The notes: generated from the letters alone by a model not told the origin. A DNA stretch of 43,346 nucleotides from Bryobacteraceae bacterium (GCA_049579625.1 JBAUOG010000798.1:1-43346); one strand, 5' to 3'. Shown: positions 27,145-36,689, counted from the stretch's first letter. Made by a program: numbers and translations.

Positions 27145-28986
27145 TTACTTCGCGGCCGTTGGCGCCACCAGCGGCGGCGCGGGCACTATGGGTGGTTTCG
27201 TCAAGTCGTCTTGCGACCTGCCGAGGTCAACGCTTTCGAGAAGCAGCGCAGGCGCCACGACGCTCGACATGCTGGCTTCACTACCGGCATCGGCCCAGGC
27301 GAACCGCGCTCCGTTGTTGACGTAGTTCAATACGTAAGGCGCATCCGAGGCGGCAACGATGTTTCGCAAATCCTTGGCGCTGAAATCCTTGAAGCGGACG
27401 CCCCGGACAAGTTCCTCGCGGCCATCCGGATAGACGCGGTACGCCAGGATCGGCGGCGAGATGGTGCGCGAGTTGCCGCCCGCCGCTGCCTGCTTCAGGA
27501 TCTCTTCCAAATCCTGACGCGACGCCGTCGATGGGAAGTCCATGCGACGCATCAGCATGCCGTACTTCAATCCATTCGCCTTGACCATGTCGATCAGCTT
27601 CGCCTTCATCTGGTCATTGGGCACGGTCACGGCGGCCTGAAAGAAGAGATTCCCAAACAGTGGGTAGGCCTCGCCGAACGGCCCGTGCATTCGGCCGTGG
27701 CCATCACTTCCGGTGAATGTTCGCACTGGCGTGCGGGTCACGTAGAAGTACTTCAGCGTGCCGTTGTCAACCAGGTGCACAGGTTTTGCCGCGACGCCCT
27801 CCACATCGACTTCGTAAGCGCCCAGCAGTGGCTTGCCGTCGAACTGACGCTCTTTGGGGTCGTCCAGCAGGCTGGCCCAATCCGGCAACACCTTCGAGCC
27901 GATCCGCGTAGCCCATACGCCCTCCAGCAACTGAGGAGGCTGTCCCTGCGGCGCGACCGGCTTTCGGTCCGCGTGCAGCGCATCCGCGAGTACTTCGGCG
28001 AGCATGGCGGCCGCCGCCTGGTTTTCAAATAGGACCGGCCCGGAATAGTCGGTAGCCAGCGGGGCGGTCCGTATCGTTTCGGTCTCCGTTGCCACCTGAT
28101 CCACCAGCGCCGCCAGTTTCGCCTCGTTCGGCAGGTCCGCCACCTTCAATGCGTTCAGGAAGAGGGTATCCCAAACCTGATTCCCATCGTCAGCGACCGC
28201 CCTGGCCTTGATCTCCAGGCCTGCAAACAGCTCCGGTGTCCGGATGATCGAGCCTTCCGTATTCGTCAGGCGGAATGTCGAAACAATCGACTTCACCGTG
28301 ACGTTCGACTGCACGATGGCGTTGTGCGAGGCGAACCGTCCAGAAAGGCTTTTCACGCGTTCGACCCACGCCTTGTCATCCACCGCCGCTACCGGCACTG
28401 GAAGCACCAACTGCAGCCCCGGTTCCGCCGTGAAGTCGGGGGTCGAGTCCGGGTTCTGCGCCTCGCGCACGATGTTCTTCTTCGCCGCCAGTTCCTCAGT
28501 GGAGCGCTTATAGATTTGATCGGCGGCCAGCCACAGCGTGGTCCGCAGCGCGGTGTAGTCGTCTTCCAACGGCAGCGGCACGCTCCGCAGTTGACCGGAG
28601 AACGAGCAGTTCATGTTGTCGAACTTATAGTCGCCTAGCCGCACCTGAATGGATGCGACTCGAACTCGGCCATCACCCGAGCTGAGTATTCCCCCCAGGC
28701 TGGCGGATGCGGTAAAGAGGTCCACATCGTCGCTGCTGAACGAGATGAAGTACGGCCGGGGCAGATCGTTCAGCCGCAAGGTCTGCGAGCGAGCCAGCTC
28801 ATCGCTCATGGCCCGCAGTTGAGGGTCGTCCTGTACCGCCTTCGCGACAGCGGGGTCGATCGTAGCGCCTTGACTGGCGGCGGCGAGCAAAAGGACGGCG
28901 CCGGCCAGGCGCGCGACATAGCGCGTTCTCTTCCATGGCGATGCGGCTTGGATTGCTGATGGGCAACTCATTGCTGGGAGACGCAT
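27145..28986 (-). CDS. TldD/PmbA-family protein, non-catalytic (TldE-like), with signal peptide
   Basis: Paralogous to the upstream gene (PYFISF, YSGPVLF, DDP, DVEGV, GHGR, YPDGREELVRG) but lacks HExxH; hydrophobic LAGAVLLLAAASQGA. Start uncertain. Confidence 0.82.
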   Translation of the reverse strand: MRLPAMSCPSAIQAASPWKRTRYVARLAGAVLLLAAASQGATIDPAVAKAVQDDPQLRAMSDELARSQTLRLNDLPRPYFISFSSDDVDLFTASASLGGILSSGDGRVRVASIQVRLGDYKFDNMNCSFSGQLRSVPLPLEDDYTALRTTLWLAADQIYKRSTEELAAKKNIVREAQNPDSTPDFTAEPGLQLVLPVPVAAVDDKAWVERVKSLSGRFASHNAIVQSNVTVKSIVSTFRLTNTEGSIIRTPELFAGLEIKARAVADDGNQVWDTLFLNALKVADLPNEAKLAALVDQVATETETIRTAPLATDYSGPVLFENQAAAAMLAEVLADALHADRKPVAPQGQPPQLLEGVWATRIGSKVLPDWASLLDDPKERQFDGKPLLGAYEVDVEGVAAKPVHLVDNGTLKYFYVTRTPVRTFTGSDGHGRMHGPFGEAYPLFGNLFFQAAVTVPNDQMKAKLIDMVKANGLKYGMLMRRMDFPSTASRQDLEEILKQAAAGGNSRTISPPILAYRVYPDGREELVRGVRFKDFSAKDLRNIVAASDAPYVLNYVNNGARFAWADAGSEASMSSVVAPALLLESVDLGRSQDDLTKPPIVPAPPLVAPTAAK

Positions 28987-28990
28987 GGCC

Positions 28991-30706
28991 CTATTGGCTA
29001 GCCGCCACTAGCGTGCCGGGCCGCGGCAGCAGAGGCGGCAGTTGTTGTGAATTCTGTTTCTTCTGGATCTCGATCTCGGAAACAAGAATCGCCGGTGAGA
29101 TTGCCGACACAGGTACGCTGCCCGATTCTGCCCCGCAGTATCCGTTAAAGACTTCCAGCCGGTCTGAGGTCGCCAGAATCTTGCGGAAGCTGGCGAGCGG
29201 AGTGCCCACAATGTCTACGCCGCGAATCAGTTCGTCCGGGCGCCCATCGGCGTATACCTTATACACCACCAGGGGAACCACCGTAAACGCCTGCAGGCCT
29301 TGCCGGCGGGTGGTCGTGTAGCCGCTCGATACCTGTTCGAAATACAGTCCATAGGGCTTGTTCTGGCGCTTTACCTCAGCGATCAGCTCATCGCGCAGTT
29401 CCTTGTCGCTGACCTGCTTGGTGGAGATAACCAGCAGGTTCGATTGCCGCGAGACAACTTCCATGCCCGGCTGCCGGCGTCCATGGCCATTGGAGTGTTG
29501 GAAGTCACCAACCGGCGAGCGCGACAGCAGGAACGTCTTCAAAATGCCGTCTTCGACAACGTTCACCGGACGGGCACGAACGCCCTCATCATCAAACTCG
29601 TAGTAGCCGTTTAAGTCGACACCCTGCATGCTGTGGCGGGTCGGGTCGAAGGTCACGCTCAGAAACGGGGGCAACACGGGTTGGCCCAGCATCCTAGTAA
29701 ATGTTTGGCCCTCGGCGACGTCCTTTTGCCGGTGGCCTTCCACGCGGTGGCCGAAGATCTCGTGGAAGAACACGGCGGCAGCGCTTCCCGAGAGAATTGC
29801 CGGACAGACCACCGGTTCGGCTACCGGCGCCTTTACCAGTGCGCTCAGTTGGTCTGCTACCTTCTTCACCGCCGCGCGCAGATCCGTATCCGGGGGTAAT
29901 CGCTCGGGCGTCGAAGCCTCAAAGGATGCGAATGTCCGCAGATCCATGCCATCCGGCGCCAAGGATGAAGCGGACACCTCAAACCGGTAGAGAGTCGTCC
30001 CATGCTCAACAGCCGCTCCCTCCGTGTTTACCAGTGTCTTCACCTCGCGGTGCCCCTGGACCCCTACTTGTGATGACAGAATCTCGGGGTGTTGAATGAA
30101 CTCCTTCGACAAAGCGCGCAGCCTGTCGGTCCAGACTTTGGTGTCGAATTGATACCGCTCTGGGGGTTTGGAATAAACCTCGGGCTTCTCCACCGAGAAG
30201 TCGGCCGCCACAGCGCCCTGCTCAGCCAGTAGTTGCTGGTCGGTCTTTAACTGCAACAACCGGCGCACAGCGGAGCGGTAAACGCGGTCGCTCTCCAGCC
30301 ATAGTGTTCGCTGAATCTGGTTGGGATTATCGTCCAGGCTCAACTGTATGGCGCTTGTGAAGCTCCCGGAACTACCTTTGTATGGATGATAGTTATCGAA
30401 CTTGTCGCTTCCGACGCGAACCGTCGTGTCCGCGGCCCGCAAATGGGCATGGTTCTTCGCCACCAGCGCGCCCAGCGATGCCGAGAGCGAGTCCCCTTCC
30501 TGTTCGTCTACCTCGTAGGACATGAAGTAGGGGGACGGATCTGCTTTGGAAAGCGCCTTGAAATTGCGGTCTAGCTCGGCCTGCAGAATGCTCGTTAGCG
30601 TGGCTGCACACAGCGGGATCCGGGCAAATCCCAAGCTAAACACACACAGGCAGCAGGTGTAGCGCAGGAATTGAGCTGTGGGGGATTGCAAGTCCCAGGA
30701 TAGCAA
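28991..30706 (-). CDS. TldD-family metalloprotease with signal peptide
   Basis: HEIFGHRVE zinc motif, FDDEGV, SNGHGR, NGYCGAESGSVPVS (Cys ligand). Start uncertain. Confidence 0.88.
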   Translation of the reverse strand: MLSWDLQSPTAQFLRYTCCLCVFSLGFARIPLCAATLTSILQAELDRNFKALSKADPSPYFMSYEVDEQEGDSLSASLGALVAKNHAHLRAADTTVRVGSDKFDNYHPYKGSSGSFTSAIQLSLDDNPNQIQRTLWLESDRVYRSAVRRLLQLKTDQQLLAEQGAVAADFSVEKPEVYSKPPERYQFDTKVWTDRLRALSKEFIQHPEILSSQVGVQGHREVKTLVNTEGAAVEHGTTLYRFEVSASSLAPDGMDLRTFASFEASTPERLPPDTDLRAAVKKVADQLSALVKAPVAEPVVCPAILSGSAAAVFFHEIFGHRVEGHRQKDVAEGQTFTRMLGQPVLPPFLSVTFDPTRHSMQGVDLNGYYEFDDEGVRARPVNVVEDGILKTFLLSRSPVGDFQHSNGHGRRQPGMEVVSRQSNLLVISTKQVSDKELRDELIAEVKRQNKPYGLYFEQVSSGYTTTRRQGLQAFTVVPLVVYKVYADGRPDELIRGVDIVGTPLASFRKILATSDRLEVFNGYCGAESGSVPVSAISPAILVSEIEIQKKQNSQQLPPLLPRPGTLVAASQ

Positions 30707-30752
30707 CGGATAACTGGGGGCCGGTTTAACTTAAGTGGTCTTGCGTACAGAA

Positions 30753-31418
30753 CTACTGTGACATCAGGGTGATTATGCCTTTTTGACGTAGACCACTCAG
30801 CGCCAGCCCGTGGCGGCCGTGCACACCGGTCTTCTCAAAGATGTGTTTCAAGTGGATCTTCACGGTTCCTGGCCGTATCCCGAGCTCTTGCGCGATCTCA
30901 CGGTTCTTATACCCCTGCTCCACCAACTCCATGACCTGCTGCTCCCGCGGCGTCAGGTCACTGCGGACTGGCGACTCAGCCGGTAGGGCCTCCCGGAAGA
31001 CGGAATCCTGCATCCAACTTCTCCCGCCGGCCACCGCACGTAAGCAAGCCAACAGCGAGCCCGCATCGGCGGACTTCCGCACAATCCCGCGGGCGCCCGA
31101 CTGCAGAAAGCGCAAGGCTTCTGCTTCGGTGATCGACAGCCCCCAGACCACCACACCAGGCCGCGTAAAGTTCTGCCCTTTTCGGACCGACGGCAGCCGG
31201 TTAAGCGCCTCAAGCACGAGATGGGCCCCCAGACCCTTGTCGATAATCAGCAAATCCGTACTTTCAGCCGAACCGCTCATCATCCACTCCGCCGGAGAAT
31301 TGTGGCTGTCCCCCAGAACCAGGTCCTCGGTCTCATCAAGCAGGTGCCGCAGACCTTTAACGGTGATGGGTTGTGTCTCGCAAATGCTGACGATGCGCTT
31401 AGCCCGTTGAATATCCAT
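30753..31418 (-). CDS. NarL/LuxR-family response regulator with atypical receiver
   Basis: C-terminal LTPREQQVMELVEQGYKNREIAQELGIRPGTVKIHLKHIFEK HTH; REC-like N-terminus. Confidence 0.92.
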   Translation of the reverse strand: MDIQRAKRIVSICETQPITVKGLRHLLDETEDLVLGDSHNSPAEWMMSGSAESTDLLIIDKGLGAHLVLEALNRLPSVRKGQNFTRPGVVVWGLSITEAEALRFLQSGARGIVRKSADAGSLLACLRAVAGGRSWMQDSVFREALPAESPVRSDLTPREQQVMELVEQGYKNREIAQELGIRPGTVKIHLKHIFEKTGVHGRHGLALSGLRQKGIITLMSQ

Positions 31419-31587
31419 GTTTATCTTCTCTAGAGGCTTATCGGCCTAGTAGCCCTAAACGTTAGGTGCCCGTTCCCCTGCCTAACTCTCACGGGATTAA
31501 GGGGCGCTTAGACACACTTCGGCTGTGCGTTATGCGCCGATCGCTGCCAGCGTCCTCATCCGCACTGAGGCTGGAGTTTAAGCGAGC

Positions 31588-32236
31588 TTACTTCTTCCGT
31601 GCTTCGGCGTAGGAGGAAACCAGGCGTGCGACCAGCACGCCGACATAGAGCACGCCGGTGGCTGCCTCGAGCACGGTCAGGATTCCGGCCAGGGGCCTGA
31701 AGGGCACCAGGTCACCCATGCCGAGCGTGGTCAGGGCTTCGAAGCTGAATAAATGCGGTCTCCCGCATTCAGCAGATAACCGGGCCGTTCACGGTGGAGT
31801 GAAATGAGCCAGGATATAGCAGCTCCACGACGCTGTAAATGGCAAACCAGCCGAATCCCAGCAACAGGTACACGCTGAGTGCCAGGAAGATGTGGTCTCT
31901 GTCGATGGCGCCGCTCGCGAGCACCCTCGACAAAAGGCGAACGACCGTATAGGAAAAGAAGACTGCCAGTAATCCATATCCCACAATTCCCGCTTGGTGG
32001 ATGCGGCCAAAGTGGTACACGAGAAAGGAAAGGAAAGTCGGGACGGCCAGGGCGAAGGCCGGCCAGCGCTGTTTCTTGCGTGCAGATAGCTGCAAGGTGG
32101 CCGAAAGCAGCACCACGAACAGCATGACCAGCAGGAACAGCGCTGCAAGGTCTGTCTCATTCATGAGCCCGTAAACCAGGAGCAGGGCTACCAGGGAGAG
32201 CAGGAGAAACAGCGGGCGTTGGGTAGTCTCGATCAT
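31588..32236 (-). pseudogene. Potassium-channel-family (Ion_trans_2) membrane protein, frameshifted
   Basis: The TM region 32236-31769 stops at TGA. The pore and last TM (FSFEALTTLGMGDLVP...LEAATGVLYVGVLVARLVSSY..KK*) continue in a different frame to TAA at 31588. Confidence 0.82.
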
Positions 32237-32272
32237 TGGTCGCGACGGGGCTTCGGAATAGGCTAGCCCACT

Positions 32273-33697
32273 TTACAGGAGCATGCCCGGTGGCTGGCGG
32301 ATTTCAGTGCATCCCTTACCAAGCGGCAGAACCTTGCCGGGGTTGAGGCAGCAGGAGGGATCGAAGAGCAGCTTGAAGTTCTTGATCATGTCGAGCGAGT
32401 CGTCGCTAAAAAGGTGAGCCATGAGCTCCGCCTTCTCCATGCCGACGCCATGCTCACCAGTGATGGAGCCGCCCGCTGCGATGCAGTAGTCGAGAATCTC
32501 TTCGCCCGCGAGTTGCGCACGGTGCAGATCGCCTTCTTTGCGCGGATCGAAGGGGATGATGGGATGCATGTTGCCGTCGCCCGCATGAAAGATGTTGCTG
32601 ATGGTGATGCCGTATTTGCGGCCGATTTCGCCGATGGCGCGCAAGGTTGGCGCGATTTTGGTGCGAGGCACAACACCGTCCTGGACATAGAAGGTGGGAG
32701 TAATCCGGCCGACTGCGCCAAAGGCGTTCTTGCGTCCTTTCCAGAGGAGGTCGCGTTCGGCCGCGGTCTTCGCGACGCGGAATTCTCGAGCCCCACATTG
32801 CCGGCAGACGGCTTCGATCTCGATGGCTTGTTCTTCGGCGGTTTCCTTGAGGCCTTCCACTTCGATCAGCAGCACGGCCGCCGCGTCCATCGGATAACCG
32901 GCATGGGTCGCCTCCTCGACCACCCGTAACATAGGCCCGTCCAACATCTCAATGGCAACCGGGGTTATGGAGTGGGCGGTTAGTTCGCCGACAGTCGCAC
33001 CGGCATCCTCGGCTGTGGAATAGATGGCGAGCATGGTCTTCACAACTTCGGGCGAGCGAGTCAGGCGAACGCCGACTTTGGTGATCAGCGCCATGGTGCC
33101 TTCCGAGCCGGTCAGCAGGCCGATCAAGTCGTAGCCGGGGATGTCCAGTTCCTTGTCGCCAAACTGGACAACGCTGCCATCCGCAAGCACCGCCTCGAGG
33201 CTCACCACATGGTTGGTCGTGACGCCATAGGCCAGCGTGTGCGGGCCGCCCGCATTCTCGGCGACATTTCCGCCGATGGTGCACGACTTCTGGCTGGACG
33301 GGTCGGGCGCGAAGAAGTACCCGTGCGCCTTAACGGCTTGGGTCACGTCCAGGTTGACGACGCCGGGCTGCACGATGACGCGCTCATTCTCGATGTCGAT
33401 ATCGAGAATCCGGTTCATGCGCGAGAAGGACACGATGATGCCGCCACGGCGGGGAATCGAGCCGCCGCTGAGGCCGGTACCAGCACCGCGTCCCACGAGC
33501 GGCAAATTATGGGCAATGGATTTTTGGACGATGAAGACGACGTCTTCGGTGGAGCGCGGAAAGAGAACCACGTCGGGAAGCGCCTTGTCGACCCCGCCGT
33601 CGTACTCGTAGAGCTTCAGGTCTTCGGGACGGAACAACACGCCGTGCTTGCCGAGCTGCGTTTGAAACTGCTGCAACAATGGAGCGGCGATGGGCAT
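32273..33697 (-). CDS. glcD: FAD-linked oxidase, glycolate oxidase subunit GlcD-like
   Basis: RGAGTGLSGG, PDPSSQKSCTIGGNVAENAGG, GSEGT, QDGVVPR, FHAGDGNMHP, GEHGVG.EK, LNPGK. Confidence 0.85.
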   Translation of the reverse strand: MPIAAPLLQQFQTQLGKHGVLFRPEDLKLYEYDGGVDKALPDVVLFPRSTEDVVFIVQKSIAHNLPLVGRGAGTGLSGGSIPRRGGIIVSFSRMNRILDIDIENERVIVQPGVVNLDVTQAVKAHGYFFAPDPSSQKSCTIGGNVAENAGGPHTLAYGVTTNHVVSLEAVLADGSVVQFGDKELDIPGYDLIGLLTGSEGTMALITKVGVRLTRSPEVVKTMLAIYSTAEDAGATVGELTAHSITPVAIEMLDGPMLRVVEEATHAGYPMDAAAVLLIEVEGLKETAEEQAIEIEAVCRQCGAREFRVAKTAAERDLLWKGRKNAFGAVGRITPTFYVQDGVVPRTKIAPTLRAIGEIGRKYGITISNIFHAGDGNMHPIIPFDPRKEGDLHRAQLAGEEILDYCIAAGGSITGEHGVGMEKAELMAHLFSDDSLDMIKNFKLLFDPSCCLNPGKVLPLGKGCTEIRQPPGMLL

Positions 33698-33810
33698 TAG
33701 CGAGAAGCCTCCCTTTGCAGCCTACCAAGGCAGAGCAACAAGAGGGTAGGGGCAACCGCGACGCTCCGTATCCGCTTGCTGGTTCCGGGCGGAGGGTAGC
33801 GCGCGGCCAC

Positions 33811-33845
33811 GTTAGCACCCGCTCGCTGACGCGCGCGGTTCAGTG
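33811..33845 (+). repeat. REP-like palindrome, family B
   Basis: gttagcacccgctcgctgacgcgcgcggttcagtg; a centrally deleted copy tccgcttgctggttcc lies at 33771-33786. Confidence 0.78.
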
Positions 33846-33905
33846 CGGGAGTTTTCACGCGGAGTCTAGGCAAGCGTGAACGGCGATACCGGCAACAAGG
33901 CTCGC

Positions 33906-34415
33906 TTACAGCAAGCCTTTGATGTAAGCGACCGTATTGTCGCTGGACCAGTTCTGTTCGCCAATGAGTTTGCGCACGACCTTGCCGTCTTTGATGATGT
34001 AGGTCTCCGGAACCTGGAAGGTGCCGTAGGAGGAGCTGATGTCGGCCGCGGGATCCCGGGCGGTGTCGAAGGTCACGTGAAAGCGATTCAGGAAGTCGCG
34101 GTATTTCTTATCGTTCTTGTCGATGCTGACCGCTACCACCACTGCGCCGTCGGCCTTCAGCTGCTTTTGGAGTTCGTCGAGCGAGGGAATCTCGCTGACG
34201 CAAGGGGCGCACCAGGTTGCCCAGAAATTCAGCACCAGCACTTTGCCGCCGAACTGGGTGGGCGTCACAACTTGGCCGCTATCCGTGGTAATGCGAAAAG
34301 AGGGGGCGGAATCGCCCTCGTTGGCAACGGTTTCGCGCATGCTCCAGGAGACGAGCACCAGGAAGCAGGCGGTGGTCAGGCCGAGCAGGCCGAGCAGGAT
34401 CTTGTTTGTATTCAC
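33906..34415 (-). CDS. TlpA/ResA-family thiol-disulfide oxidoreductase
   Basis: N-terminal TM, VLNFWATWCAPCVSEIPSL, cis-Pro VPETY; GTG start at 34415. Confidence 0.92.
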   Translation of the reverse strand: MNTNKILLGLLGLTTACFLVLVSWSMRETVANEGDSAPSFRITTDSGQVVTPTQFGGKVLVLNFWATWCAPCVSEIPSLDELQKQLKADGAVVVAVSIDKNDKKYRDFLNRFHVTFDTARDPAADISSSYGTFQVPETYIIKDGKVVRKLIGEQNWSSDNTVAYIKGLL

Positions 34416-34495
34416 AGGTGAGGCGGAGCGGGATATCTCCCGCCCAGCTATTTTAAGAGTATCCGATTCGACCATTGAGGCATCGTACCTAAGGG

Positions 34496-34918
34496 ATGTA
34501 TATCACCAGAAAAGCCGAGTTTTCAGCGTCGCACGTCTGCCGGCTACCCGGGCATTCGGACGAAGAGAACCACGCGATCTACGGCGAGGCGGCCCATGCA
34601 CATGGGCACGGACACAATTATATCGTGGAGGTGACGCTGGAAGGCGCGCCCGATCCTGTAACCGGCATGATCATGGATCTGAAGGAACTAAAGGAGATCC
34701 TGGACCGGGAAATTATCGAGCCGATGGACCACCGCTTCCTGAACTATGAAGTTCCTCCGTTTGACAGCGTGGTTCCGACCGCGGAAAACGTCGCCCAGGA
34801 GATCTGGCGCCGGCTGGACCGAAGTCTGGCCCGCCAAAGTGCCGGGAAGCTTCGCCGGGTTCGATTGCACGAGACGGCGGACCTATACATCGATGTTGAG
34901 GGCGGCGCAGATTTATGA
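34496..34918 (+). CDS. 6-pyruvoyl-tetrahydropterin synthase-family protein lacking the catalytic Cys
   Basis: FSASH, GEAAHAHGHGHNY, DHRFLN, PTAEN and LHET motifs of the PTPS/QueD T-fold. Confidence 0.88.
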   Translation: MYITRKAEFSASHVCRLPGHSDEENHAIYGEAAHAHGHGHNYIVEVTLEGAPDPVTGMIMDLKELKEILDREIIEPMDHRFLNYEVPPFDSVVPTAENVAQEIWRRLDRSLARQSAGKLRRVRLHETADLYIDVEGGADL

Positions 34919-35415
34919 GGGGACCGGTCCTAAAGCTGACCAGGCGCTATCATTTTGCGGCCTCGCACAGGCTTCATTCCCTAGAATTGAGCTTGGCTGA
35001 TAATGCACGCCTTTACGGGAAATGCAACAACCCGTACGGCCATGGCCATGATTACGTTCTGGAAGTGACGGTAGGCGGAGAGATCGATCGGGAAACCGGA
35101 GTTTTGGTACCGCTAAAGGAACTCGATGATCTGGTCGGGACTAAGGTTTTGAAGCTGTTCCGCAATCGGAACATCAACATGGATGTTCCTCGGTTCAGCG
35201 AACTGGTGCCAACCACCGAGAACGTCGCTTTATTCATCGCCGAACTTCTGGAAGCAGGGTGGCGGGACGCGTTCGGCGGACGTGGAGCCCGTCTGGAGCG
35301 AGTGCATGTCCAGGAGACCGACCGCAACGGTTTTGAGGTGGTGCTTGGCGATTCCGTAGACGGACAGAAGAAAGGTACGCCGAGCGAAGTACACGCCGAG
35401 GCAACAGCTACTTGA
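34915..35415 (+). CDS. 6-pyruvoyl-tetrahydropterin synthase-family protein (CX5HGH type)
   Basis: [34 protein letters not shown] overlap with the upstream paralog. Confidence 0.9.
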   Translation: MRGPVLKLTRRYHFAASHRLHSLELSLADNARLYGKCNNPYGHGHDYVLEVTVGGEIDRETGVLVPLKELDDLVGTKVLKLFRNRNINMDVPRFSELVPTTENVALFIAELLEAGWRDAFGGRGARLERVHVQETDRNGFEVVLGDSVDGQKKGTPSEVHAEATAT

Positions 35416-35422
35416 GGAATTC

Positions 35423-36043
35423 ATGAAGGTCATGAAAAAGAACAACGCGGTAATCGATTTTCAGTCCAAATCGGGAAGTGACTCCATCGCCTCGCATATG
35501 AAGGCCGTGCTGGCAGCGCTCGGCGAAGATCCCGAACGCGATGGATTAAGACTGACTCCGGGCCGGTCTGAGAAGGCCCTGAAGTTTCTGACCAGCGGCT
35601 ATGCGACCGACATCCGCGAACTCGTCAACGGTGCTTTATTCAAGGTGAAGTACGACGAGATGGTGATTGTGAAGGACATCGAGTTTTTCAGCATGTGCGA
35701 ACACCATTTGCTGCCGTTCTTCGGCAAGATCCACGTCGCGTACCTGCCGGGTGACCGCGTCATTGGGCTCAGCAAGATTCCGCGGATCGTGGATGCGTTC
35801 GCCCGGCGGCTCCAGATTCAGGAACGGCTGACCCAGCAAATTGCGGAGACGATTCAGGAACTGGTCAACCCGCGGGGCGTCGGCGTAATCTGCGAAGCGC
35901 GCCACTTCTGCATGATGATGCGCGGTGTTGAGAAGCAACACTCGGGAACGATTACCAGTGCGATGCTGGGTGCGTTCCGGGAGAGCAAGGAAACGCGCGA
36001 CGAGTTGTTGTCGCTGGTTAGCCAGCGGTCGACACATTATTAA
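35423..36043 (+). CDS. folE: GTP cyclohydrolase I
   Basis: [51 protein letters not shown]. Confidence 0.97.
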   Translation: MKVMKKNNAVIDFQSKSGSDSIASHMKAVLAALGEDPERDGLRLTPGRSEKALKFLTSGYATDIRELVNGALFKVKYDEMVIVKDIEFFSMCEHHLLPFFGKIHVAYLPGDRVIGLSKIPRIVDAFARRLQIQERLTQQIAETIQELVNPRGVGVICEARHFCMMMRGVEKQHSGTITSAMLGAFRESKETRDELLSLVSQRSTHY

Positions 36044-36064
36044 GACGTTCCGTTCCGGAACAGC

Positions 36065-36237
36065 GACGTTGCTGAAAAAGCCTTGCGCGGCCTGAAGATA
36101 TCGCTGAAAAAGGCTGAAATCCGCTCCGTGCCGGTCTCAGCTCCGCTTAGCATCCGCTTGCTGACGCGCGCGGTTCCGTGCTCGGAGGTCTTCCAACTGT
36201 GAAGGAGCGGAGGAGAGAGGGCCTTTTCAGCAACGTC
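36065..36237. mobile_element. MITE/REPIN-like fold-back element
   Basis: 18-bp terminal inverted repeats gacgttgctgaaaaagcc / ggccttttcagcaacgtc (one mismatch) enclose a family-B REP (36147-36180) and a partial inverted one (36195-36211). Confidence 0.65.
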
Positions 36238-36296
36238 TTGAACCTGTCGAAAAGCCCCGTTGCAACGCAGGAAACGCGTGCTAGCATTGGGGTGAA

Positions 36297-36689
36297 ATGC
36301 CAGATAATCCGCGGCACTTTGAGGCTGGTCCTGACCCCTTCGGACGCAAGTGGGACGTGAAGTTCCGATGGCTTCAGACCGCCATCTCGATTCGTCACGC
36401 TGACGCAGTGGACGTGAAATTCGCGCTCGCTTGCGACGACGGAACGGAGGAGGAAAAGGTGATTGCTCTGCCTCATTCGGCGCTGCTTTCGCTCGCGGCC
36501 GAACAAAAGCGAGAGATAACGGATCCCTGGTGCATGCGAATGGCGGGGGCGCATTTGAAGCGAATGATTGAAACGTTCGAGGACATGGAGAAGACGCTGG
36601 TCACGGTGTCACCGGGGGATCTGGCACTGGCTGCGGAGGACGTTGAGCGGGCGGGTTCGCTCTCAACGGCCTCTGCCGGCAGGAAGTAG
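36297..36689 (+). CDS. Hypothetical protein
   Basis: Compact 130-aa ORF with a plausible promoter (TTGCAA-16-TAGCAT with extended TG) just upstream. Confidence 0.7.
   Translation: MPDNPRHFEAGPDPFGRKWDVKFRWLQTAISIRHADAVDVKFALACDDGTEEEKVIALPHSALLSLAAEQKREITDPWCMRMAGAHLKRMIETFEDMEKTLVTVSPGDLALAAEDVERAGSLSTASAGRK

Noticed and set aside
26266..28032. 588-aa plus-strand ORF, and similar long antisense ORFs such as 4897-5871 and 7507-8322
   Set aside because: Antisense shadows of well-supported genes, expected in high-GC coding DNA; no motifs.
31744..31773. UGA plus hairpin as a SECIS/selenocysteine readthrough signal
   Set aside because: Readthrough of the UGA would not reach the pore domain, which is in a different frame.
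32273..33697. glcD without glcE/glcF as a novelty
   Set aside because: Dispersed glc subunits and stand-alone GlcD-like oxidases are common; partners may lie elsewhere in the genome.
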